NCBI RefSeq assembly: GCF_038442745.1
Contig: NZ_JARVCN010000460.1
Coordinates: 23,389 to 55,388 of the forward strand
Reading direction: 5' to 3'
DNA length: 32,000 nucleotides
Source: Crocosphaera sp. Alani8
GTDB taxonomy: Bacteria; Cyanobacteriota; Cyanobacteriia; Cyanobacteriales; Microcystaceae
In this document: positions 8,897 through 16,307 of the stretch, piece after piece
How positions within the stretch are numbered: position 1 is the first letter of the stretch
Layout of the letters: the number at the start of each line of letters is the position of its first letter
Position numbers and translations under genes: made by a program
Notes under the pieces: generated by a model
Database searches by the model: none
Seen by the model: the letters and a program-made list of their open reading frames with translations, nothing else
Told to the model about the DNA's origin: nothing

Positions 8897-9148
8897 GGTT
8901 GATTCTAGAACGGGGTTTTTAATGGGCTCAAGGACTAGAAACATCCGAATAATGGTTGCTCGTGTCCATTGTTACCAAGACGTTTATCTTGATTCACTTT
9001 GACTGCACCAGTTAAATGTTAGCAAAAATTAACATTTAATGGGTGCTTCACTCTAGTTATTGTAAGTTTCTCTCAACATTCTAGAAAAAGTCAAGGTTAA
9101 ATTTTTCCCATAACTAAGAAATTAACAAAAATATACAGAATCGACAAA

Positions 9149-10261
9149 CTACTCGAGACTGCGAGGATCAAGAGCGTCTCTTAAACCATCTCCAAGCAAA
9201 TTAAAGGAGAGAACCGTCAAAATAATCATCAAAGCAGGGGGCCAAATCAACCAGGGTTGAAGTACCAAAATCGAGGCATTGGTAGACACAGACAGTAAAT
9301 TCCCCCAACTGGGGTCAGGTTGCTGAATTCCCAACCCAATCAGACTGAGAACGGACTCAGAAACAATGAAACCAGGAACAGCCAGTGTTGCTGAGATGAT
9401 AATGTATGTAGCTGTTTGGGGCAGTACATGACGAACAATTATGCGCCAAGGAGTTGCTCCCATCGCTTTTGCGGCCTGGACAAATTCTTGTTCTTTGAGG
9501 GACAATACTTGACCGCGGATAACTCTGGCCAGTCCTGACCAACCGATAAAAGATGTTATTAAAACGATTAAGAGGAATCTTTGTCCACTACTGAGACTTG
9601 GGGGAAGCACAGCAGCTAAGGCCACTAAAAGATAAATTCCAGGGATGGTCATCAAAACTTCTACCAGACGCATCAAAATACCATCGATCCAGCCTCCAAA
9701 GTAGCCAGAAATACCCCCGACGATCATTCCCAGGGGAAAAGAGATAATAATACCAACAAGACCGATAAAGAGGCTAATTCTCCCCCCAAACAGTAAACGA
9801 CTGAATTGATCCCGTCCCTGTTCGTCGGTTCCCAATAAATTGATTTTTCCTGAACCAATAGTGCCAAAAAGATGACGATTAACTGAAATACCTGGAAACA
9901 ATTCCACTTCTTCAAAAGAAGGGGGTAAAGGAAGACGAATTTGCAGGAATTGGTAAGTTTCACCTTTGACAAAAAGGCGAATGGGGGAAGGTTCCTCAAA
10001 ATTGACGTTTAGACTACGTTTCCCCGTCTCAACATCCGTAGGACTTTGGGTGACAGGATAAACATGAGGGCCAATAAAGTCACCTCCCTTGGTTGTCCAA
10101 TAAATCTGTGTGGGAGGAAGAAGAGAACCATCAGCTTGGGATGAATAAGGATTATAAGGAGCGACAAAATCCGCAGCAATTACAGCTATATAGAAAATTA
10201 TCAGTAGAACTGCTCCAAAACGAGCTAAGGGGTTATCTTTAAGTTTTTTCCACCAGTTCAT
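9149..10261 (-). CDS. ABC transporter permease, oligopeptide/dipeptide (OppC/DppC) type
   Basis: 370-aa ORF. It has an N-terminal anchor helix and a long periplasmic loop. The BPD-type permease core includes the EAA-like loop EQEFVQAAKAMGATPWRIIVRHVLP. Confidence 0.85.
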   Translation of the reverse strand: MNWWKKLKDNPLARFGAVLLIIFYIAVIAADFVAPYNPYSSQADGSLLPPTQIYWTTKGGDFIGPHVYPVTQSPTDVETGKRSLNVNFEEPSPIRLFVKGETYQFLQIRLPLPPSFEEVELFPGISVNRHLFGTIGSGKINLLGTDEQGRDQFSRLLFGGRISLFIGLVGIIISFPLGMIVGGISGYFGGWIDGILMRLVEVLMTIPGIYLLVALAAVLPPSLSSGQRFLLIVLITSFIGWSGLARVIRGQVLSLKEQEFVQAAKAMGATPWRIIVRHVLPQTATYIIISATLAVPGFIVSESVLSLIGLGIQQPDPSWGNLLSVSTNASILVLQPWLIWPPALMIILTVLSFNLLGDGLRDALDPRSLE

Positions 10262-10369
10262 AACTAAAGCTTAAGCGTTAACTCAATAATTATAATTCTT
10301 TCCATTAAATAACATTTTAGTATTAGTAACAAAAATATTACTGATCACAGATAATAAGCAAATAATAGA

Positions 10370-10495
10370 AATGAAGCTATGATCAAAGTAGCTAAAGTTC
10401 ATGAAAAAATAACTAGCTGTGGTGAGGATTTTCTACACAAGCTAAGTCGTAATTTAGTTAACAAAAACTAAGTCATTGTAGGGGATTGAACCCCT
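10370..10495 (+). pseudogene. Internal fragment of an IS200/IS605-family tnpB (OrfB) gene, decayed
   Basis: The translation reads NEAMIKVAKVHEKITSCGEDFLHKLSRNLVNKN*VIVGD*. It matches the conserved TnpB block (I..LH.KI.N.R.DFLHKLS..LV..NQ.I..EDLN). Stop codons interrupt it and no N- or C-terminal parts remain. Confidence 0.6.
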
Positions 10496-10535
10496 GCTTT
10501 TTTGATCAAGATCCTCACGCTTTTTTGTTTTCCAC

Positions 10536-10853
10536 TCAAATCAAAAGATTGAGACGTTGCATTAATTGAGAGGCTTGCATAGCACCTTCAAATTTTTCTA
10601 TTGGTTGACTTTTTTTAAATAAAACCAAAGTTGGCAAAGATTGGATACCGTATTTAGAGGCAATTCCTGGATATTTGTCTGTATCTATTTTGACAACTTG
10701 TACACGACTTCGCATCTGGGTTCCCACTTGTTCTAAGATAGGGGACATCATTTGACAAGGACCGCACCAAGTCGCATAAAAATCTACGAGAACCGGGACT
10801 GTTGATGCGGATAACATTTCTTCAAAACTGGAAAATTGTTTTTTAAGTGCCAT
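10536..10853 (-). CDS. Thioredoxin (WCGPCQ active site, y-type-like)
   Basis: It has the active site WCGPCQMM and the Trx-fold blocks VLVDFYATWCGPC...KIDTDKYPGIASKYGIQSLPTLVLFK. The ATG at 10853 gives the canonical ~105-aa length, against the ORF-track start at 10889. Confidence 0.9.
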   Translation of the reverse strand: MALKKQFSSFEEMLSASTVPVLVDFYATWCGPCQMMSPILEQVGTQMRSRVQVVKIDTDKYPGIASKYGIQSLPTLVLFKKSQPIEKFEGAMQASQLMQRLNLLI

Positions 10854-11077
10854 AGTTGCTGAGATTTGGTTGGTTAATAAGGTTTTCAATGCTAGTTGCT
10901 ATATTTCAGAAAACCCTAAATTTTATTTCCCTATAACTATGATAGATCATCATATAATCAAACAACTTTTTTCATATCCGAATTATATAGGTTTTCCCGG
11001 ACTGATGATGTACACCTAATGCTAAGTCCGCCATTCAAGCTAACAAATATCCTGACTCTTCTATTAAAATGAAGTCA

Positions 11078-12283
11078 TTAGCTTTTTTTAAAGCGATTTT
11101 GTGCCTGTTTAAAGGCTTCTCGCATCACTGTCTGAATTTGCTCAGGATTGGGTTTTTTTCCCCCCATTAAATCTCCAAAATAAACACAAGTTGCTTCCCC
11201 TAAAGCCCAGGTATAGGCACCAGCCCAAGACGCAGCAATAACACTTCCCAAACCAGGAATAAACTTAATTAATTCTCGTCCGATAGACTGGGCTAAAAAC
11301 CCTCCTGCGATCGCACTTACAATACCACCAGCCTGGGATGGGGTCAAAATTTGTCCGTAGAGTTTCCCCAACAATGTCACCTGAGATACTTGTAAAGCGG
11401 TTAAAACGGGCATAGTAGCAAAGGGTAGAGGAACAGCGGCTAAAGTACCTGCTACCACAGAAAAAGCCCAAATATAGCGACGGGCAACGTCTCGATAAAG
11501 ATTACCAATTTTCTCGCTGGTTTCCCCTTCTAGAAGTTGATGAATGGCTATAGATTCCGCTTCTGGTAACTTTTGGGCGATGGCGTTTCTGAGGGTTTCT
11601 AAGCCGTAAAAAACAGGGGTGTAACCGTCTTCTTCTCGGGTAAAGTCAATGAGAATGGCATCGTCGTAAAGATTCTGGAAGTCATTTTTGAGATGGTTAA
11701 AACTGCGATTGATTTCTTCAAAGTTGGGAGGATAAGGGGGATGATTTTGGGTACGGGGAGGATAAATTTCGTGAAGACAAGTAGCAACAAGAATATAGGG
11801 AATTTTAGGGGATAGTTGACGTAATTGGTGGGCAATTTTGGCTAGGGTTTCTGTAGCAAAATCATCAATTTTGACGGTTAGAATAACTACTTTTGCTTTT
11901 TGGTTGGAGGATTCTAATTTGTCGGTTAATTCTTGAATGATGGAATCCGTATTTTGTTCGATGTCTCCTAATCCTACTGTATCGGTAAAAATTAGTAACG
12001 GTAAATCATCGTTGGGGTATGTATATTGGTTCGTATGTTTGGTATGGGGACGAAATCCTTGACCAACAATTTCTGCTGAAACCCCTGTTAATCCTCTGAC
12101 AATTGAACTTTTACCGGATTGGGTTTTTCCAATTAAAATAGCTTCGGTGGTGGGTAATTTTTCTCTTACTGTTTCTAAAATTTCTGCTATTTGTGTACCA
12201 CTCACCTGAAACCATTGAGTAATTTTTTGTGGTAATAATTTATTTTTGAGAAAATTTTTGGTTGATTGAAAGACTTGATTCAT
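11078..12283 (-). CDS. Membrane-associated GTPase (P-loop GTPase domain plus DUF697/YcjF-like C-terminal membrane domain)
   Basis: G1 is GKTQSGKSSIVRGLTG and G3 is DTVGLGD. The C-terminus is hydrophobic and Gly/Ala-rich (WAFSVVAGTLAAVPLPFATMPVLTALQV...GLGSVIAASWAGAYTWALGEA). I chose the ATG at 12283; the ORF-track start at 12304 is TTG. Confidence 0.7.
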   Translation of the reverse strand: MNQVFQSTKNFLKNKLLPQKITQWFQVSGTQIAEILETVREKLPTTEAILIGKTQSGKSSIVRGLTGVSAEIVGQGFRPHTKHTNQYTYPNDDLPLLIFTDTVGLGDIEQNTDSIIQELTDKLESSNQKAKVVILTVKIDDFATETLAKIAHQLRQLSPKIPYILVATCLHEIYPPRTQNHPPYPPNFEEINRSFNHLKNDFQNLYDDAILIDFTREEDGYTPVFYGLETLRNAIAQKLPEAESIAIHQLLEGETSEKIGNLYRDVARRYIWAFSVVAGTLAAVPLPFATMPVLTALQVSQVTLLGKLYGQILTPSQAGGIVSAIAGGFLAQSIGRELIKFIPGLGSVIAASWAGAYTWALGEATCVYFGDLMGGKKPNPEQIQTVMREAFKQAQNRFKKS

Positions 12284-12330
12284 TGCTGATAATATTAGCT
12301 TCAAGGAATTAAACTAGTATCAGTTACCGA

Positions 12331-13683
12331 TTATTGGTTATCACTGTTTACTATTCTAAAACCTGCGTGTTGATAGAAGTTAGGGCGGAACCAATTACGA
12401 TAATATTTCAAGGTTTCTGTCCCTTGAGTTACCCAAGCCCCTCCTAACATCATTTTATGACGATTATCAAAAAAAGGAGCAGAATTATCTTCGTAGAGAA
12501 AATGGGGTTTAAAACCTGGTAAAGGTTTAAAATCTTCTTCTAACCATTCCCAAACATTTCCCCGTAAATCCCATAATCCCGAGTAACTTTGGGCTGTTTT
12601 TAATAATCCAACTGGACTAGGAGAACCAAATTTTAAATTGAGATTATACTGGCTTACCTCTTCAATTTCGAGTTGATAATTTTGCTGTGGTTCGTAAGTA
12701 GCTAAATTCCACTCTGCTTCGCTCATTAATCTAGTTTCTTTTCCTTTCCAACGGCAATAAGCCATAGCTTCGTAATAATTAACTTCCACTGGCCAGTCTA
12801 AGGGTAAAGGGATTTCATCAAACATGGCACGATAATAATATTCGCCGTCATTTAATTGCCAAAATTTTGGATTTCTAACACTATTTTTTTCTTTCCATTG
12901 CCAGGATTTTTCGTCCCAATAAGTTTCATTTTCATAACCTTTATTATTGACAAATTCTAGAAATTCAGCGTTACTAACTAAGTATTGACTAGCAAAAAAT
13001 GATTTAACTTTAACTAAGCGATCGCCGTATTCACAGTCCCATCCATATAATTTATCATCTCTTTCTTTTCCTAGTTTTACAGTTCCACCCTCTACCAAAA
13101 CCATGTTATTACTATTAGTATTTTTGTGGGAAGGTGCATATTGCCATCCTCGAGGTTTCTCTAGTTTTTCTGTAGGAAGTTGTCTAAATAACATGGAAGA
13201 GGTTTCAAAATGAATTCGTTGATGTTCCATTCCCATCATTAGACCCCAAAGGGGATGATTTTCGTGAATGGGAAGTTCTAAAGAGGTATTTTTAATGACT
13301 TTTAAAATGACATCATAAGCTGTATTTCGATATTCCCAAATATCGTCAACCTTTGGCCAATTAATGTGTGCGATAGCTTGATCTAATTCTTCTGAATTTT
13401 CAGGATCAACCCCAAACTCAAGTAATACTTCATAATCTGCATTAATTCGTTTTTCTAGTAACCCAACTTGAATTAATTTATTAATATAAAATGCAGCAGA
13501 ATGTCCTAAATAAAAAATCAATGGATTTCTTAAAGGATCGGGATTGATATAAAATGTTTCATCATCCACAATACTTTCCATTAATATGTTTTCTAATTCC
13601 CAACTATTCTGAAAATAATCAATTATGGAGTCTCGAGAACAGTTATCAAGAAAAACAGGTAGTTGAGATTTTAGAAGTGACAT
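12331..13683 (-). CDS. egtB: Ergothioneine biosynthesis sulfoxide synthase EgtB (DinB-like plus FGE-sulfatase domains)
   Basis: The N-terminal DinB-type metal site is present (YLGHSAAFY...MGMEHQRIHFETS). The C-terminal FGE/SUMF1-like block is present (GNVWEWLEEDF...GGAWVT...RNWFRPNFYQHAGFR). It lies directly downstream of egtD. Confidence 0.8.
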   Translation of the reverse strand: MSLLKSQLPVFLDNCSRDSIIDYFQNSWELENILMESIVDDETFYINPDPLRNPLIFYLGHSAAFYINKLIQVGLLEKRINADYEVLLEFGVDPENSEELDQAIAHINWPKVDDIWEYRNTAYDVILKVIKNTSLELPIHENHPLWGLMMGMEHQRIHFETSSMLFRQLPTEKLEKPRGWQYAPSHKNTNSNNMVLVEGGTVKLGKERDDKLYGWDCEYGDRLVKVKSFFASQYLVSNAEFLEFVNNKGYENETYWDEKSWQWKEKNSVRNPKFWQLNDGEYYYRAMFDEIPLPLDWPVEVNYYEAMAYCRWKGKETRLMSEAEWNLATYEPQQNYQLEIEEVSQYNLNLKFGSPSPVGLLKTAQSYSGLWDLRGNVWEWLEEDFKPLPGFKPHFLYEDNSAPFFDNRHKMMLGGAWVTQGTETLKYYRNWFRPNFYQHAGFRIVNSDNQ

Positions 13684-13760
13684 AATGATTCCCAGTAGAT
13701 GTTAATAAACTAAATTAAATGTGATTAAGTATTGAATACTATACTTTTATTTACTTTAAG

Positions 13761-14768
13761 CTATTTTATCGCCTGACTAAGTATTAAAGCAAACCATTGA
13801 TTTTCATCTGTAAATATTTTTATTGGTTTTAATTTTTTAGAGGCTAATTTATATTTTGTATCTTCTACATCAAATTTTCGAGAAATTTCGGTTAAGATTT
13901 TTTCTCCTTTCTCTAAACTAACTGCTAGGTTAAGAGCTTCGAGATTTACTTTTTGTTTTTTTTCTGACAACAAATACATCTCTATTTGTTTTTTTTCTTC
14001 GTTGTAAATAGCCTTATGTTTAAAACAGTTAGGATCAAAATTCCCTTTAAATCTATTGTTTAAATGATTCAGCATATTCAAATTAAAAGTTGCAGTTACT
14101 CCTTGACTATCATTGTAAGCAGCTTCTAAAATAGACTTAGGCTTTTGTAAATCAACCCCCAACAAAAAATAATCTCCATTGTTTAAAACTTGTGCAATTT
14201 TATCTAAGAAATTATCATAGGCTACATCACTAAAATTACCTATAGAACTGCCTAAAAAAAATACCATTCTCCTCTGAGAAGCAAAAGAGTCTAAATGGCT
14301 TAGAGCTTCGTCATAAGTCCCTACTAAACCCAGAATATCCAAAGAATTATAATCTTGTTTTAGTTGTATTGCACTTTCTTTGAGAATTCCTGCACTAACA
14401 TCAATAGGCATATATTTAAAACCCTTTTTTTGTTGCTCATAAGCATCTAGTAATAAGCGAGTCTTCGTAGAGCTTCCACTCCCTAATTCAACCAATTCAC
14501 AAGTCCCTGTAATTTGTGCAATTTCCCCTGAATATTGTTTTAAAATACTTGCTTCTGTTCGAGTAGGATAGTATTCTGGTAACTGACAAATTTGTTCAAA
14601 TAATAGAGATCCTCGGTCATCGTAAAAATATTTAGGTGGGATGCTTTTAGGATATTGATTTAACCCTTCCTTAACATCTTGACCCCAGGATTGTTTTGCG
14701 TCTTTCCCTGTTTCAAGTGATTGTAAATACTCGATTTTAAATTTTTCTGTTTTTGGCTCATTCAACAT
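13761..14768 (-). CDS. egtD: L-histidine N-alpha-methyltransferase EgtD
   Basis: It has KYFYDDRGSLLFEQICQLPEYYPTRTE, ELGSGSSTKTRLLL and FLGSSIGNF, the EgtD (Methyltransf_33) signature blocks. Confidence 0.85.
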   Translation of the reverse strand: MLNEPKTEKFKIEYLQSLETGKDAKQSWGQDVKEGLNQYPKSIPPKYFYDDRGSLLFEQICQLPEYYPTRTEASILKQYSGEIAQITGTCELVELGSGSSTKTRLLLDAYEQQKKGFKYMPIDVSAGILKESAIQLKQDYNSLDILGLVGTYDEALSHLDSFASQRRMVFFLGSSIGNFSDVAYDNFLDKIAQVLNNGDYFLLGVDLQKPKSILEAAYNDSQGVTATFNLNMLNHLNNRFKGNFDPNCFKHKAIYNEEKKQIEMYLLSEKKQKVNLEALNLAVSLEKGEKILTEISRKFDVEDTKYKLASKKLKPIKIFTDENQWFALILSQAIK

Positions 14769-15256
14769 ACAATAACACAGATGCTCTGTGTTCGATTTTG
14801 CTCTTTTATTTTAAAACAAATTTTCTGTAAAAAACAAATTGCTAACCTTAATTTTTTTCATTTCGCATACTCTATATAGCTACAAGAGCATAACTTTTAT
14901 TTGCAGTAACATGAACCTTTAGGTGCTTTTTTATTTTTTTAACTAAACTTAACGTGATTGTCATAAAAAAAAAGTACAATAAATGAATGCACAAATGTAC
15001 AACACAGTTTATATTTTCCCAAATATATTATTAGTGGAGTTCTAGAAAACTCGTTGAGTACCTTACCACCATATTCAAGCAATTGAGACATGATAGTTTT
15101 GATAGTTTTCCTTCCATAAAAAAGTGTATTTGTCAAGAAAATAAATTATTGTCATTTGCAACATCAGACAAACAATTTGTCTTCGGTGAAATTAACTAGA
15201 AAAATTGGGGAACAATAAGGTTGACGAGTAAACCTAACCCTAGTGAGGAACCTTCA

Positions 15257-15694
15257 ATGGCTAAAACAAAAAGTGAACAAACTTTGGGAAGTCTGTTACA
15301 ACAAGCAAGACTAGTCAGCCCTCATCAGGTTGAGATTGCACTAAAAGAGCAGAAGAAAAATCCCCAACGTCGTTTAGGGGAAATTTTAGCTCAAAAAGGT
15401 TGGATAAAACAACAAACTGCCGATTTTTTCGCTGAAGATTGGGCCAGAACCCTAGAGAAAGCTCGCGAAGGAACTCCTCAATATCTGGGCTATTATCTAA
15501 AGAAAGCGGGCTTAATCAATGATAGTCAACTCCATAATATCTTAGAGGAACAAGGACAGGGAAGGATATGGATGAGAATCGGTGCTTTGGCTGTATTCAA
15601 GGGTTTGATTAACCAAACCACTGTTGATTTTTTTCTCCAACATCTTCACCCCAACCGTGCAGGGGATTCTCCTTTCCTGAAAGCTAGACAGTAA
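15257..15694 (+). CDS. Stand-alone protein with two MshEN / T2SSE_N-like modules
   Basis: I chose the ATG at 15257; the ORF-track start is TTG at 15221. There are two copies of the paired about-24-residue motif. The first is LGSLLQQARLVSPHQVEIALKEQ plus RLGEILAQKGWIKQQTADFF. The second is LGYYLKKAGLINDSQLHNILEEQ plus RIGALAVFKGLINQTTVDFF. Confidence 0.55.
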   Translation: MAKTKSEQTLGSLLQQARLVSPHQVEIALKEQKKNPQRRLGEILAQKGWIKQQTADFFAEDWARTLEKAREGTPQYLGYYLKKAGLINDSQLHNILEEQGQGRIWMRIGALAVFKGLINQTTVDFFLQHLHPNRAGDSPFLKARQ

Positions 15695-15704
15695 CTAAAA
15701 ATAG
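15691..15704 (+). promoter_or_regulatory. Candidate NtcA box (GTA-N8-TAG) overlapping the -35 region of the riboswitch/gif promoter
   Basis: gtaactaaaaatag differs from GTAN8TAC at one position. Possible -10 hexamers are taagat (15715-15720) and tattaa (15720-15725), only 10-15 nt downstream. That spacing fits a repressor-type position, as known for gifA/gifB, rather than the activator spacing of about 22 nt. Confidence 0.35.
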
Positions 15705-15740
15705 AAAAAAATGTTAAGATATTAACACAGCAGGATAAAT

Positions 15741-15799
15741 CGTTCATCTGCTGGCAACAGCAGACGGAAGTAGGGAAAACTATCCCGAAGGAACGCGCC
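15741..15799 (+). promoter_or_regulatory. Glutamine riboswitch (glnA RNA motif, type 1)
   Basis: P1 is cgttc (15741-45) paired with gaacg (15791-95). P2 is ctgctg-gcaa-cagcag (15748-63, GNRA loop). The conserved junction strings ACGGAAGUAGG (15764-15774, its last two G shared with P3) and CGAAGGAACGCGCC are present. A short P3 is ggga...tccc. The element lies 35 nt upstream of a strong SD and a small ORF. Confidence 0.8.
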
Positions 15800-15833
15800 T
15801 CATTCGATTCACCACGATTCAGAAGGAGGCGTT

Positions 15834-16001
15834 ATGCCCTTGAACAATGCAATTACTCGCCCGAAGGGGTTAGACGATTTACAGTCTAAATCCCGCTTTT
15901 TAATCGCTCAAAAACGTAGCAAGCATCAACATCGTAGACTATCGATGTTATTGCGCCTTTCCTCAGAGATGGGTATCTATGTTCAATCTTTAAAAGCATA
16001 A
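15834..16001 (+). CDS. gifA: Glutamine synthetase inactivating factor, IF7/IF17 family (55 aa)
   Basis: It is below the ORF-track length cut-off. The SD aaggagg lies 5 nt upstream of the ATG. The translation is MPLNNAITRPKGLDDLQSKSRFLIAQKRSKHQHRRLSMLLRLSSEMGIYVQSLKA. The core SRFLIAQKRSKHQHRRLSMLLRLSSEMGI aligns with Synechocystis IF7 as I remember it (ARALMMRHHQFIKNRQQSMLSRAAAEIGV). The three Arg reported as essential there (R8, R21, R28) align with R21, R34, R41. A glutamine riboswitch lies upstream, as known for gifB. Confidence 0.7.
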   Translation: MPLNNAITRPKGLDDLQSKSRFLIAQKRSKHQHRRLSMLLRLSSEMGIYVQSLKA

Positions 16002-16014
16002 ATAGAGGTGAGTT

Positions 16015-16170
16015 ATGACCAATAACCAAAAGCACTTAAGCGATGTTGCTCATCTTCATCGCTCTAACATTTTGAAAAGCTTAGAGCATCGTTTGCAAGT
16101 TGCAAAGACTAAAGGACAAAGTCGTTTAGTTCAGCAATTGGAAGCAGAAAAAAGCTACTACAGTCCTTAA
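16015..16170 (+). CDS. 51-aa basic small protein, co-transcribed with gif; PirA-like (tentative)
   Basis: It is below the ORF-track cut-off. The SD gaggtg lies 4 nt upstream of the ATG, and the ATG is 13 nt after the gif stop. The translation is MTNNQKHLSDVAHLHRSNILKSLEHRLQVAKTKGQSRLVQQLEAEKSYYSP. Length, charge and helical character match my recollection of the PII-interacting regulator PirA (51 aa). Sequence identity cannot be verified here. Confidence 0.5.
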   Translation: MTNNQKHLSDVAHLHRSNILKSLEHRLQVAKTKGQSRLVQQLEAEKSYYSP

Positions 16171-16201
16171 CCTTAACAGAGTTTTTACTCCAAGGTAATC
16201 A

Positions 16202-16249
16202 AGAGTTCTCGTTTCAACCATAACTTAGAAACGAGGACTCTTTGACTTT
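16202..16249 (+). terminator. Rho-independent terminator of the gif/sORF operon; shared with the convergent FG-GAP gene
   Basis: A 14-bp stem, agagttctcgtttc / gaaacgaggactct, contains one G-U pair and has a 12-nt loop. The T-rich tract tttgacttt follows. Confidence 0.65.
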
Positions 16250-16307
16250 AATATCAGTCTGATTGAATCAATCAATTTAGCTAGAAATATTTGATTTTAA
16301 AACAAGA

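Noticed and set aside
10478-10500. tRNA T-arm-like sequence (minus strand aggggttcaatcccct); also GGTTCAAATCC at about 8143
   Set aside because: The loop length is wrong and no acceptor, D or anticodon arms can be built around either site. The first lies in the tnpB fragment and the second inside the ferredoxin CDS.
14939-15136. 65-aa minus-strand ORF in the egtD upstream region
   Set aside because: It is a chance ORF in very AT-rich DNA, with Phe/Ile/Lys/Tyr-biased composition, no RBS and no motif.
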